A stretch of 64,000 nt of DNA. Origin: Balanoglossus misakiensis. Lineage: Eukaryota; Animalia; Hemichordata. Positions 1 to 15,400 of this stretch are shown one piece after another. The stretch spans positions 11,942,636 through 12,006,635 of the forward strand of contig CM082583.2 of NCBI GenBank assembly GCA_040954595.2, written 5' to 3'. Each line of letters begins with the position of its first letter. Position 1 is the stretch's first letter. The notes below the pieces were generated by a model. That model did no database searches. It was not told the DNA's origin and was given only the letters and a program-made list of their open reading frames with translations. A program made the translations under genes and the position numbers.

Positions 1-231
1 CGTGTCGACATCAATTATTCAGGATGGCCCCACTGAAATATGCATGCCGTTTTTTTCTCAAAATGTCAGTAGGTTAAAACTGTTACAAATTCGGGTCAAA
101 GGTTAAAGCGCTGGCTATGCTACATAAAATTGTCTTGAACCACAGACAGTACCCATCTAAAATGTACCACTACATTACTGTTTCAAGAAAGCAATGTGTT
201 TCCTATACAAGTTAGTAGATTAAATTAAAAA

Positions 232-264
232 TAAAGCCAAAAGTTACGGCTAGTGTCCCTTTAA
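232..264 (-). repeat. Terminus of a related TTAA/Kolobok-like element
   Basis: The reverse complement TTAA-AGGGACACTAGCCGTAACTTTTGG resembles the TTAA-AGGCACATGAGCTGCAACTTT terminus at 20926. Confidence 0.4.
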
Positions 265-407
265 TTGATAAGCGTGAGCAGTTCATCATCTTTACCACAG
301 ATCAAATGTGTTAAAGGTAGTATTGACAGAGCTACAATACATGAAAGCATATGAATGTCTGAGTCAGTATGGTTCTTGTTAAAATGAAGAGAGAGAGAGA
401 GATGTAC

Positions 408-3400
408 CTGATAGATAAGGGCATGTGAAGGGAAGAGTGAGTTCCACCAAGACTTCCATTTAACAATCCATTGTAATGCAGGTTATCTATGCACTGAAGA
501 AAAACAAAAAAATAATCAGAAAGTGTAAAAATTGTAATTTGTTTCAAATGGGTGAATGCAAGTTAATGGATATGAGAGTTAAACATTGTCAGTCTGTGCA
601 TGTGATGGTTCAAAGTTTATAATTCCAGTTAATAAACTTTAACTTTATACACAGTAATCATAAACCAAGCAGAATGATACTTCACATTACATATTATATC
701 AATGCAACATGGCCACAAATACATCGTTGTGATTGGATGAGAGCTTGTTTTAATTTATGGGAGCCATGATTAAATAGAGCATAATGCATGTTTATATTTG
801 CCCCAGATTTACCTGGCTGATGTCACTCATCCAGGCATTCTTCTCTTGTTGCGTCGGAGCGATCAAGATGACGTGCAAGGGTGGCCCACTCTTTGAATCC
901 ACCATCAGTTTAATTTCCAGGTTGTCCAGATCTGACTGGCTTGTGTGACTACACACGCTGTTCTCTGGGCAACAACAAATCAAAAGCAATTTTACACAGT
1001 TGTTCGTGAACACACAATTAATTTCTGAATGTCTTACACTGAGAACGATGTACCATGAAGTGAAATTTTCATTCCGTAAATGTTGCTATTATGATCAGAA
1101 AAGTGTGAAATACGCAGGATTTTGTGTTTATAATCACTGTTGATATCACGAAAAATTTCCCATTTTACAGTATATGCCGCATAATCTTATGCTGAAAGTT
1201 GCATGCAATAAAAGCACTATCATTAGCAGTCAGTATGCTCAAGCTTTTGGATTACTAACATTAAATTGTTTCATTTATTCTGCTAGAACGGAACTCTTGC
1301 TAGATTGGCGTGCCACATGCAAGGTTGCTACAATACAGAGTTCGCAGGGTTACAAACGCATTCAGGAAACTAACAAAGTACTTTTGAATTCTGCAGACAA
1401 ATTCTCTATTCTCGAGAGCTTACTTCAAATGACCATCTGTTCACACAACAACGCGGTATTACCACCGTAACGTGCAACAAAGCACACGATTTTCTGTGTC
1501 TTTATAGCTTAGCAGAAAAATTCTGTGACATCGAACATTTGCGAACGGCAGGCATTTTATTATTTTGCAAATTCCGCACGTCTTTCAATATTATAAGATT
1601 TCAGGAGTGTATTTGCTGTTCCCCAGGTAGCCGTAAACTGATTTCCAGCTGAAATCCAACACGATGAAGTTAATAGTCAAATATATAGAACTACACCGAA
1701 TTTTCAGATTTCCCTTGATAATTGTTATTTATACATCCAGCAACATTACAGGCAATCACACTAATGTAGAGATATGAGCATGTTCGCAATCCAATCTAGA
1801 TTCCATCCTTACCATCATCATCAAATGGATCAAAGTCATCCACCAACATTGTCTCAATCAGCGGTATCTTTCCTCCAATCTGCAAACCAAGAGAACGACA
1901 CCATTAGACTGTGGATTTAAAGTGCACATGCAGCACTGACTGAACTGTAATTTTCTTGGGGCGTAATATCTATACTTGTGTACTTAAAAAGGATCATCAC
2001 CATTAAAACATCGCATTTTATGCATGGGTGATTCTCATTGGTGGTTTCAATCAACTGAGATGATCATCATCCAATTGGCTGTTGGCTTAGATGTATATGA
2101 ACTATTAACCAACCTTTGCCAGATGAAGCCTTCCTCCCGATCCTCGAGTGGTTAACAACAGATGATGTGTAAATAAAAAGCACTGTCTGACTCCTTCTTT
2201 CTTAGAATCAGATTTAGAACTACTGAGAGATCCCAGCCGACTGCGACTCTTGCCTTTCTCAGCACAAGCTTGGATCAGTGTCCCTGAAACACAGGCAACG
2301 TACATGTACGTATTAGTGCATTCAATATAGGACAAAATTTTCAGCAATAAGTACACTGGTATTAAAGTCCCATAAGCTGCAACTTTTGGGAAATTATCAT
2401 GAAATTTATTTTCAATCTGTATATTAACAATAGCCCATACAGATGTAGCTCATTGGGCTTTAAGACTCCTTTGTGTCACAACATTTGTACACATTATTTT
2501 TTACACTCACCTTGTCTAACAAATGTCTGATTGACATCCAACAGAATATCACATCCTTCCACAATCATTCTCTCGATGGCAAGATTTTTGCGAATATTTT
2601 CTGTTTCTGACACTTCATCATGCATTACCTGCACAGAAATGATTGAACATACTAAATAAATTCTTCTGTGAAAAAACAAACAAAATTCTCCTGTTTTTAC
2701 ATATTCTGGTAATGAATTTTATTTAAAACACATGACATTAATATAAAGTCTCTCTTCAAATTCAATGCTTAATGAAATGTGACCTGTTCTTAATGAAGGA
2801 CAATCAGAACTGAGGCTTAATATTTGAAATTGATTAGTTAAATAAATAGCTAATTAACTGTTCTTGGCAAATATTTGCCTTCCTTACTAATCCTCTTACC
2901 CTTGAGAGTTCTTCCAGTTTGTTCTTGGCATGTTCCAGACTTTTCCTCTCCACATGGTCATGAGGTGTGTGGGCAAGCAGTTCGTGTAAGGTTATTATGT
3001 ACCTCGGGATCTGCAGAAGTCATAAAAGTAGCGTCAAGGACACTACGCTCCCATTTGATAAAAAAATGGTGCATATACAAGGGTCTTCCAAGTAGTGAAA
3101 CCTAACTTTCCATGACTATCAAAGATCTTCCAAAAATGGTTTTAAAAAAATCCAGACTTTTAAAGGGTACATCCTACTAACCTGATGCATAGGATACGTT
3201 AGGAATGTTTCTAGTGTTCTGCCCTCACAGACCGGTTTGGATTCGTACTGTGCCAGCAGATGACTGAACGATGCATTCTGTTTACATTCAGCCAACACCT
3301 GAAGACTGTAATGATGGTTTCTGACATACTCGTTGTAGATGCTTAACATCGGTAGCAACATGTCAAACAAATCACCTGTATATTATTTTTGAAAAGATAA

Positions 3401-6400
3401 AAAACATTTTCATCAGTGAATAATTTAATTTGAAATACTAGTAATGATATTTGCAATGAATAGCTACATAGGTGATAAAACTTCAGTTAGCATTCACACT
3501 ATTAGGTAATAAAACCTAATTTAAAAGTCATTTCCCTGCATTAAATCTCAGGTGTCATATTGCTGGGATGATATCATGAATTTGCATATCGGTAACATGA
3601 GAAAATGTCCCTGGATACCCAATGAAAAGACGTGGCAATACTTCCCACACCTCAACATTTGCAGGGATTAAGTCACATTCGATTCCAGAGCCAACCTGAT
3701 CTCTAGACAGCAATGTGCAAAGAATGGTGATAATTCTGCTTGAAAGCTGAAATTGCATGAACACAAACGCAAAAAAAAGCAATGCCTCAGTAGTGTACGT
3801 TGTTTTCTGCACATGACAGCGGCAATTTTGCCCACGTACCTACATACGCCACACCCCCAATGTTGACCCTGACACACACGAGAAAACACGCGGATTTGGA
3901 GTTAAGTAGAGATACACCATGGGCAATTATCGACAATCAGAACATGATGACAGGTAATGACACCATGGAGACTTTGGCAACAAACATTCACAGCAATATA
4001 ATCATTGTCCCTTCACTGCGCCTGCATATCTCGGGTCGATCTGCAGAGACACAGGATCTGATAGACCAATTATATCGCTCTATCGCATGAACAATCAAAA
4101 TCGTGTTATGAGCAGGATAATAGCCGTGTACCTGAAGGCAATTACCATCCATCTACTAGGATGTGCAGGAGTAGGAATTGAAACATCAAACCCAAAGTCT
4201 CTATAAGACCTGACTATACGCCACTTGCTTTCATGTCTGTATGTTCTCTATGCGTGTATGCTGATTTTTATGATATCCGCATAGTTTTGTTGATTCTCAA
4301 TCCTCTATCTCCCCTTATATTACCCTTTCATATAGATATTCCATACATTATAACACCAAAAGGTAATTATCTTTAACTGCAGGTTTTCTTTACATTCGTT
4401 AATGCTTAGTTGTTAAATTCCATAGTCAACAACCTTGCACTTCTGGCTGAATAGACAGAACAGTTGCTTAGCAACCACTTCTTGCACTCACCCAGGACTA
4501 ACTTCGGCCAATGTTCCATCCTTGCACATAGTCCCTTACAAAAGATTTGATGGAGGAAAAACACAGTTTCACTGAAAACAACAACAATGAATTTAACAAG
4601 ATTACTCAAAGGATAATATACATGTACACACATACAATAACAATAAGACTAATCCCACGGACTAAAAATAACCAATGAAAGGAGACAACTTGACAAACCT
4701 GTTGAGGAAGATTGAATTGACATCTTCGTGAGTGATGGGAGGTTTCTTGGAACTGGCGGCCATCTTGAGTGGACGGAGAAAACACGAGACCACAGTAGAC
4801 AACTGCTCAACATATTCCTTCTCACATTCGACTGTCCCAAAGACAATGCTGTTGCGTTTGCGCATGCTTTCTGCATGTGGTGACCGGATGTAGTCTTGGA
4901 CAATCGCTCTCCATCGTCTGCGACACAGCCATCCTCGGATAAAACTCTGGACCTGAATTTTTTTCCAAAAAGCACAAAAATGAGGGTTAAATGTAAAAAG
5001 AAAAATGTAAATCATAGTAGTGCCAGTACGTGCGTTTACACGGTGTGGGAAAATGCACAGCTGATTTCCTTGAAAACGAGAATCAACACTCTCCTTTAGT
5101 TTTGGAAATGACTTCATACAGATTTCAGCAGACCTGATTCTTTATTGATTTGGTCATCATCTCTGTTTTTGATTTAAAAAGTAGGTTGTCCAGAGCAACC
5201 ATGTATCTTTCACAGCACAGAGTTGCACATTAAAACAGAAAAAAAAATTCATTCTCACACCTTTTTGATTTTCTTGATATCTTCAGATTCTTCTATTTTA
5301 TACGCAATGTGAAATATGCCTTTGCTTTCTTGTTTCTTCAGTTCGTTGATCTATAAGAACAGATATATACATTTTAATCAATATTACTGCATTATAGGAC
5401 TCAGATATTAGACAACATATTCATTAAAGAGCAAGTATCTGTAATTTTTATAACTGTTTTACTATTTTTCACTCTCTCTCTCCATCCCTCCCTCTCTCTC
5501 TCTCGCTCTCTCTCTCTCCGCATGCATGGTCAAATCTGACTGCTCTTCACCTCAAACTTGAGTTTAGCGATCTCTGCTATTTGTTCTTCACATTGCTGTC
5601 GCAGGGACAGCTTGGCCGTCTTTTCACTGTCTAGAATCTGAAGCAGATGCAGATACTTATGCTCAAGTTCTTCTTTCTGCTGCAACAATCCTCGGAAACT
5701 ATGAACGGAAGAGAAATGACGATATTATAATAACTATATGTCTACCGGTAGACATTAAGTGTGATACGAAGCCTTCAATGTTAGCAGAATGTGTCCCAAT
5801 TAATCCCACCGTTGCAAGCACTGTGAGCTTAATAGGTGATCACAAAAAAATACATCATCTTCGGGTACACCGTGACCAAACCACTTCTCACAATGCATTC
5901 AATAGACTCGCCACTATAAATATCCTCGACTGAAATTTATTTAATAAGCCCATTCACGTATCACAAATACATTCCATGTAATTTCACCACTGGATACCCC
6001 GTATCAATCAGAATCTCTTAGCAGCTGCCAATCATGGTCTCAGCATGCTGCAGTGACTTGAGATAAATTTTGAGATGAGTTTTGAACGCAGAATGTAAAT
6101 CAACCTTTCAATAACACTTGTACCACCCAATATTTATGGTATGTTTGTCCTTAAATAATGTGTACTAATTGAAGTCTGTGGTATAATACACATTACACAA
6201 ACTGTTACACATTCAGTATAATACTACATGTATAAACATATGGAAATTAAAGCTGCAAGCAGCGTTGGCGGGGCACAAGCGGTTCCCATGGTGACCAGCA
6301 AATGCCAAGGCTGTATCTGCTGGGGATACCAAGTTATGGGAAAGTAGGTCACCTGAGGTCACTACAAAATTTGGCAAAAAAATTGGGTCCCATACTAATC

Positions 6401-9400
6401 TAGATCCAACAAAAAACCAGACCCCTAGCACTGTTGGTTCGCCTCCAATTAGGTATGCGCATAATTAATGAGGTCTTGTGTAAGACTCCATTATGTGCTC
6501 AATCCCCATAAAAGCCATGGCTCTAACTGCTCTGGTTGCTGAGATATGGAAAAGTAGATCAAAGGTCACCAAAGGTCACCCAAAATTAGGGCATAAAATT
6601 TTGAGCCCAGAGTGGACCATGTCCAACCAATACCAGATCTCTAGCCCTATTGGTTAGCATGGAATTAGGTATGCAGAAAAATGATGTGTCAGAAATAGGT
6701 CAAAGGTCATTGCCAAAATTACCAAAATATTTGTGTCATGTCCTGGCAGCATTGGTACCCATGTCCACAAAATTCATGACTGTGGTGCTTTGACAAGAGG
6801 AGGTATGGGGAATATGCATATATAATTATTTGTTTTAAAACTGGGTCAAAGGTCATGTGAAAATTGCCCCGAAAAATTGTGACAACTTCCGGTCATAGGA
6901 TGACTCATATCCAAAAAAAGAATTTCCATGCTGTCAACATTTTGGCTACAAAACGGAATTATCACTTTTCAATGGTTTTCCGAAAATCCAACATGGCCGC
7001 TATAATGATCGACCAATCACATTGCGCTTCGCAAACTTGATAGACATAGGTTAGGTGACCACATATCCCAAATCCCGAGACTCGGTAACCGCTGGTTCTG
7101 GAGAAGAAGATTTTTAAAGTTTTAAGTAGTTTTTCAGAAAAACAATTGTAGCAAAAAACCTTTATGTATGACGTCATGATTTTATTGGGGTAAAATGATG
7201 GACATAATATAGGCTACCTGCACACCAAATTTGAACTCGATCGGCCCAGTGGTTTTTGAGAAGGACTCATTTAATGATTTTCAGGAAATCCAATATGGCC
7301 GCCAGGTCACGTGACTAATTAAATATTCACGAGCCACTGCACGTCTACTCATTGGCCCCTACTACCCTACCAAGTTTCAGCCCCCTAGGTGCTGCGGTTT
7401 TCCAGATCTACCTGGCCGATTATTTGCAGAAGAAGAATAATAATAAAGAAAAATTCCAACAATACCAATGGGGGCACAAGCCGCCTGAGGGCGCTTGTGC
7501 CCCCAATAAACCAATTAAAGTTTTCTCATTTAATGTTTGTCAGAATGCACATTAAATGCCATTGAAGACAATCTGTCCCAGTTTCCCCGCAAGTCACTTC
7601 ATATCTTGGGAATAATAATTTCATTGCGGGTCTGCGATTTTATTAGGCTGTACATTCATCCTATTACAGGATTAGTATTGACTTTTTCCATTCAGGCAGC
7701 CTAAACACATATTCCAATATACCTTCATATTACCCGCACGAAACACAATTCAGGTCATGACCTAGATAGGGTATTAGTGAACTGAACATATGATTCCACA
7801 AGTTATCAAATATATGCATTGAGGCAAGATTTTCAAAATTTGAGAAAAAAGGGGGCTTTGCTTAGAGAATGGTTAAAACATGACTGAGTCAGGTACCGAT
7901 GCAGTGTAAGAATTCCATGATTACGATGGATGACGTCGCAACACTGAGTGACACAGGCGTAAACTATTTCTTTCTTAAATAGTGAGTAATTCTCCAATTA
8001 ATAGATGAGGCAAACAACATCAACGCATATCTCCGCATCTGTGAGGGTGAAATTTATGAAAGCTGCCAAACTGTGACAAAATTTAGTTTTGGATTCATCG
8101 ATGCGTATGTGGAGATAAAAAATGCATGTCACAGGACGCTGGCTGCTCCAGTTGTGTGACAGAATGCATCTCTGTCATACACAAGTATTTGCAAAATTAA
8201 TCATTTCTCAAGTAGATCAAGATGTAATACAGACAGATATTTCAAAACGGAGGAATAAAAGCCAAAACGGGGACACCTGCACTCTGTGCCATTCTTTGAA
8301 GAACTGGAAAGATCGATAAATATCATTTTTACTCTGCTGCTGCAATTGTAGTGACAATGCTTTATTGAATAAAATGCACTGAAGATGGCTTTATTACAAG
8401 CAGGCTGGCTGTCAATCCATATGTAGGATGAGTAATACAACATGTTTTAACATACAATCCATAATTTACAGGCTTGATTGATATAATTACATTGCAAAGT
8501 ATGAACCAACCCAAGTTCATCTGAAAAAAAAAACAATTATTTGTGCAAATGAGATAACATATACGGCATATCAATGCAATCTTCTGATTCACCTCTTGTG
8601 ATATTAGAAATGCCAGGCATGTCTCTGCGCCATTTTGAGTGATTGCCGAGACTTGCGCCTGTGGAAACCCCAGAACTGCTTTTAATCGAAAACAAATGAA
8701 ATGAAAACACAGTGAAATTAATCTGCACACACTCCTGAATAAACTAACAGCACTGTTTACACTACATAATGTAGACAGTACGTGCCCGGTCTATGAAAAT
8801 GGAGTTAAAACCCTTTCACTGATATACGTGTAAGACCCGAGAACATTTTTTCGAACAAACATATCCTCCAGTGATTATCACGTTTATTTTTATTAAAACA
8901 CCAGAGTTGTGTATACATCCTTCTCCATGTCCTCGTTAATAAACTATACTGGTATAATTGATGGTCTGCAGCAAGACGATAAATTAAAACGAAATGCATT
9001 TTAAAGTTTCAATATTTTGAAACTCTTGACATCATAACCATAATTTAAAGTATATTGGCCATAAAATTCAATGACTTTGGGCAAAACAAAGAACAGTCGT
9101 GATGTTTGCTGTCATATAAATTTTATGGCATTTTCTATTGCAGAACAGAATAATAAATCATACAGAAATTTTTAAACCATCAATTTTTAAATTCAAAATG
9201 AGAGCAAACATTCAGGAATTAAAATTGATCAGGGGTGTACAGTAAAACGGGAAATACTGGTGCATACTGGTACATCTGTATGTATGTTGAGCCAATATCA
9301 GTACAGTTTGATAATAAATTTCCTGATAATTTCCCAAAAGTTGCAGCTCATGCATAATGGGGCTATAAAGGGAAGACAAATCAAAATGTTGATCTCAAAT

Positions 9401-12400
9401 TGAACGATTAACAAATTCCCTCGGGTAGGAGAAAAACATTCAGTGGGTAAAACCAACAGACACCATATGGCTACCTGACAGTGGTTTGATTCATTGTGGA
9501 TTGTGTGTGTGTACAAGACAATTAATTGCTACATATGTGGTTGTCCGCAGCAAACACGAATCAATCTGCTGGTCATGATCTATCAACAGTACAGATAAAG
9601 CAATACAAGAATACCACAGACTGTTCACTCGCATAAGTCCTTAGTTTGAGTATTCTCCCACTAACTAACCCATATGTGTGTGAACCGCCTTCTACAATGT
9701 AGATCAGCTTCAGATCTGGTGGACCAATCACAACGCACATTACGGCATGCTATATGTAGCAGCAGTAATAGGGATTACGTGATTGGCTAACTTCCGTGCC
9801 ATATACAACCACATAGTGGCGATTAGAAATCTGTGATCTAATGGCCCATTCCACCTATAGGTCTTGTTTGTTTGTTGTTGTTTTTTTTGGGGGGGGGAGC
9901 ATCATACTGCCAGGACAAGAGATCATGGCAAGCGAAGGCGCAATGCTCACTCTGCTTGTGTTTATTTGGCAGATGCATCTATAGATACGTTGGAAAAGCT
10001 CCACTCTCAAACAATAGTAAACAATTCCATGCTTTAGCGCTATGCTGAGCTTATTATAAAAGGGATCTGGTTGTGTTAACATTATGTCATCAATATGCCA
10101 AAAAAGTGCTGGCACACTGCAGTATTTTACATCCTGTTTAATTCAGGTTTGTAAATAATGGTGACTCTGAGTATGTATTGCTGGTACATGTGCTATTGCA
10201 TTGTGTGCGACTGTGTTTTTATGTGTGCTGCATTCACATAGCCCGAGTTTTTAATACAATCAAAGAATTTGAAAACACCACTTCAAGATTTTTTCCCTCA
10301 GACGTATCTGGTATTAAATATCTTTATATCTATATTATTAAAAAATAACAAAATGATGGAGACTTACCTGGCTTGCTTGATGGCATTCACCCATGCGTTG
10401 TACTCTGTTTCTGTTTCGGCACGCAAGTCATACTGTCTCTGCCCCTCTCGGCGATAACCAATAGAAAAACAATAGAACTGCAAGAAAACACAGAGAACCC
10501 CAGTAAACATTTAGTATATATTGATAAAAGATGGCGAACAAGAAAGTTCGGCACCATGTATGAGTATAAGTAGCTCACGCATACGACCCACAGGAACACA
10601 CAGAGGGCACCATATCATAAAACAGTCACAGATCACGTCTGCTGCACCCTGAGAATCGCACGATACAAAATTCATGCGAAACAGGGCCAACAGTCAATTG
10701 ACTTGTGAAAAGCAACGTGCAACAGGAACCTGTTATCGGGTACGTACTGCTCTATTTGATACGCTGACAGAATAATATGTCAACCGCAGTATTACCCCAA
10801 GCTAAAAAGGCAGTGTTAATTCATTTTTGATCTCATTCGCGCTGCTCGAGGTCTACAAAGTACATGATTGCCCAGCAGTGGACGCTTGTAAATTCATGCA
10901 ATAGAGATTTCACAGCCTTTTTTTCAATTTGCCTGTAACATACACGTTTGACATATGATCACCAATGATATTGGTGACATACTGGGCAGGGTTAGCTCAC
11001 TATTTTCGAAACACCTGAAATCGCTTTTTTGGTCTTTTTGCCAGAGGTCCATAACTTTTCTTTCACAGACTTGAATTTGTTCTGTGTGCTTTGTTGGTTG
11101 TCTTTACTGTGCTGTCTGTAATGTTTTGTGTTTGTCTTTGCAGCTAGACATATAAAAACACCATTTACACAAATCCCAGTAGCAGTTGAACCAATTAACA
11201 GCTTTCCATTTCGAATTTGCTTAACACCGCGGCTGAAAATAAACTTTTTCCAAGGATACAAGCCCAATTAGCCTTTGTTGCGGTTTTCACCAGACTCAAA
11301 TCCGAGACTCAAAAATCATGATTTGTTCAACGTGCAAATTAAGAGTCAACTGACACAAGATCTCTACAACAGAACTTGATTCAGCTGTTATACTTCTTAA
11401 GTGCTTTTGACCTAACAAAATCTACACTGAACCTCAAAATGGATCAATGCACATAATCTATAAAATAAACCATGTAATATGGTACATACATTCTTGTCTG
11501 CTTTAGGCTTACAATTTATACGGTTACATCTACTGTAGTATTAAAAGTTTGAACTAGAATACAGCTAATTAATGCACCGATATCCACTTGCAAATCATTG
11601 TCATAATTTCTATATGGTGCATGGCTTTTTGTGTTTAAAATATGGACGTGTTCTATCTTGTTTTTTACAACCCTGGTACATGTTTTGCAGATTAATGTTG
11701 TACAGCATATTTGCCTGACCTTTGGGAATACATGTATATACCGGTATAGGCACTTAATATACACTGGCTCAAAAACCTCCTTCGGGGCTGTTCAGTTTTT
11801 TATACATGAATACTTGTTAAAATAACATCATGCAAACTTTGAGAGAGAGAAGAATGAATGCACCATTGAAAATTTATCACTGTTTGTTTAGATTGCTTCC
11901 AAAGTGATCGATGGCTGCATCAGATTGATATACGATACATGACAACAAGGTGTATGCATGGATAACTGCCTGGTGTAAATTATGAATTGAACAGGAAGAG
12001 CGATTTGATCATCGTAGAATGTTTGATTGATATAAGAAATGAATTTTGTAAAATCCCCATTAGAAGCCAGAATTTAAATCTGCAGCCACCTGTTTGGATA
12101 ACCCTGTGAGTTTCTTCACGTCCTTGAACTCTGAATCTCTGCCTTTCTTTCAGTGGCAAGGACAAAATATGTAATAACTTTATGGGACTGCTACAGTCTG
12201 TCATATGTAGTGTGAGGACTTTTCAAGGGAAGATTATAAGATTTGTATGACAGGAACGGCCCTGACCTGATACAAGGCAACATATATTATTGTACAAAAG
12301 CAAACAGTGCTAATATCTATGATCTGTGTTGCATGTGTTTTTCAGTAAATAATCTGAAAATACATTTTGTCCCCATCTGGATAACAGTGCAGAAATGTTT

Positions 12401-15400
12401 TCTTTTATTTGTATGTATGGTAACTGTTCATGACTGTATGACCCTGACATATTAGGCAGACACTCGAGGGCAAGTTAAACATTTAAAAAAAGATTTAGTA
12501 AAAGCCTGGTTATCTGTCTAAAGTACTGCATTTCGGTGAATTATTGTAAGGTTTCAATATTTCAAGGCTGTGAAATCCTGGTATTAATTCAAGGGTTGCA
12601 ACTGTCAGCGTGTTTGCAAAGAAATAATTACAATATGTGCGAAACTGAACTACAACTGAACCATGCGTTTTTCACTACTTATATTTACATTTCAAGTTTT
12701 TACCAATGTTTTTTTTGTAAAATTTGCATCCTTTGAGGGGCAAAAATGAATGCAAATTTAAACAGAAATAATTGACTGACTGCTTTGCTGATAACATCAG
12801 CAGAATCTCATGAGTGCTGGTGATTCTGCGAAATAAATAAATACATAGATAAACGGATAAATAAATAATGTATTTAATAATTCATAATCTTGGAAATGAT
12901 AAGTCACAAGATAAGCAGGTCAAGAAATTATTAAACATGTCATGGAGAACTACATATTTGACAGACAAGCAAACGCAACACATTTAATGAGTTCGATGAG
13001 AATTTTAACTGATTACTGAGCATGGGCTTTACCATTCAAGAAAATAATCCAAGATGGTCATAATCAACTTACTCGCTTATCCAAACGAGTTTATTATTAA
13101 CCCTTTCACCAGAATGGTTTGGTCTAAACGTATTGTTTTCTATGGTGAAGTTAGACCTCTGTACAGGGAACTGGGGGTGAATGGGTTACTTAAATGATGC
13201 TGGTACATGTACATGTTACACAGTCATTATTTCCACATGCCTGTCAAACTCCTTTTTCACTCCAATCCACAAAATCATGTTTAATAAAGCCTGTTTTTGT
13301 TTAATGTTTTCAAACATACGCAGCCACTGTGTCACACTGTGACATCTGAAATTTTAAGAGCCCCATCTTTCAGGAAAATTTATCTGTAAATGATGAAACT
13401 ACTGATAGTGTCCTTTTTTCCATCTGACCTGGGCTTACCTCTGGGAGAAAAGGAAAAAAACCTGCTCTTTAAACAATATCCATTGCTCTTTGAAAAGGCA
13501 GTCGATACTGTTGCTATGGCAACAAAAGAGAAAACTGATGGCGGCATCTGCATTTGACAGCTATGTTCTGTTCAGCTCGCCGATGAAAAATGACAAGCTG
13601 ATGTAAGACCAAAGTGCTCTCAAAACACGATTCACTGCAAAGATAAGCTCACAAGGCACTGCAAAGATCTCTACTTGATTTCAAAACTCTGATCAGAAAG
13701 TGACTTATCTGCAGAAGAAAACCCGTCCTGCGTAATTAGCCAGCTTGTATGATCCAGACACAATACAATTCATCACTGTTTACACATCTTGTATTTTTTT
13801 CCTGCAGAACCCGAGCCTCATGAATTTAGATGATCCTAAATGAACACTTTTATGTCATGATGGATCTACGGGATTAGCACGAACCATATCAGTGCGTATA
13901 ATTACATTACATTTGATGAACAAATGTCAATTTCCTGTCCATTTTCAATTCAGTTCTCGAACATCAAAATATGACATGCACGTATTATGTGCGTACATTT
14001 GAATCTAATATCGTCTTGACAGTAAGAAAAGATTCCGAGCTGCTGAAATACTCCAGAAATTTTCTTTTAACGTACGGTCAGAGAATATCGAAACATGTAA
14101 AAGCAAAATCGAGTTTTTATACTCCATCACTGAAATCCATTATCTTCTAGTCCGTATGCAAACATGCGCCTATCAACTTGAGAGGACACATTCCGTGTAA
14201 GGAGAGTTACTTAATCTTTTCCATCATGACTCTTCCCATCACAACCCTCATTTTACAAAGTGGTCTGCTGGCATTACCTGGATGATACAAATTGTCTCAA
14301 ATTGTTATCACCCTCCGAGGATGTTACCGTAGCGACTGCAGACAGGTTTGGTTTATTGTAATTGTTGGAGTGCTACTGAACTGATACATTATGCACTTGA
14401 CAGCCCCTTGATAGTCACATGTAATACATGGCATATTGGTATCAGAACCGGGTACAACACAAGGCAAAGAAGTGAATTTTAATGTGCGCTTGTGCTACAG
14501 TGGAGGGCTTGATCAATTGACAACTAATTTTATCCTTCAGAAAACATTCGATCAGACTTTAATTTGAAGTGTCCAAAAAAAGCAAAAGAACGATACCATG
14601 TATTCTTTCCACATTAGCCTAATTTCACAAGAAAACACAAACGGTAAAAATAGAAAGAAGCAGCCAATAAGCTGAGTCTGCTCAGAAAACTCAATATGTG
14701 ACAAAATCCCTGCGTATACTATTTACCCAAAGGCAGATTTAATTTGATAAATTTGAAGATCAGTATCTAAATGGAAATGGTTGACAATAACTCTTTTTTT
14801 TTCTTGTGGGTGCATCGTCTGTTCAAACTGAAATGCTGAACTGGTATTTGAAAGCTGCGGCTTTCTGTATTTGAAGTAAAACTGAACACAAGGAACCAGC
14901 TGTGTGTGTCTCCTTTTAAACTTGTTGTGCAGCAGTTACAGATGCAGCAAGTCTTGTGTGTGTCACAAATAAATTGCTGGATGTCACTCTAAGGAGTCGA
15001 TAACAGTATGTTTTTTTTATAATTCTGCAATGTAATACCCTCCAATTCAACCAATGTGCGTGCCCAAGTTTGTATGAGTTTGAACACCTTCAGCTGGTAC
15101 ACTTACAAACATGTAACAAGGATATCGCAAAGCCTACCGCAGAGGTAATATGACTTTTTCCCATTTACATCACGCAACTGTCTCGGCCAATTACAGTAAC
15201 TGGGTAATATATTGAAAAGTTCTAGCACAGTCCAAGTCAATGTAGCGCTTACAATATACTAGATCACATAAGCACTTATGAACCGCACAGCTCATACTGA
15301 ATGACTCAATACTATCTAAGTAGACTGACGCATTTCAAATTACACAACGAGAAAAGTAGGGGAGGGCAAATGAAAAGGGCCAGTTGAATGTGACTTCACA

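Noticed and set aside
1063-1172. Shared CGAAAA...CCCATTTTACAGTA ending with 26735-26801, a possible TA-flanked MITE
   Set aside because: Only one terminus is recognisable and it is too decayed to call.
6416-6860. Spaced direct repeats suggestive of a CRISPR-like array
   Set aside because: Eukaryotic context, diverged repeats with roughly 200-bp spacing, inside a transposon-like element, and no cas genes.
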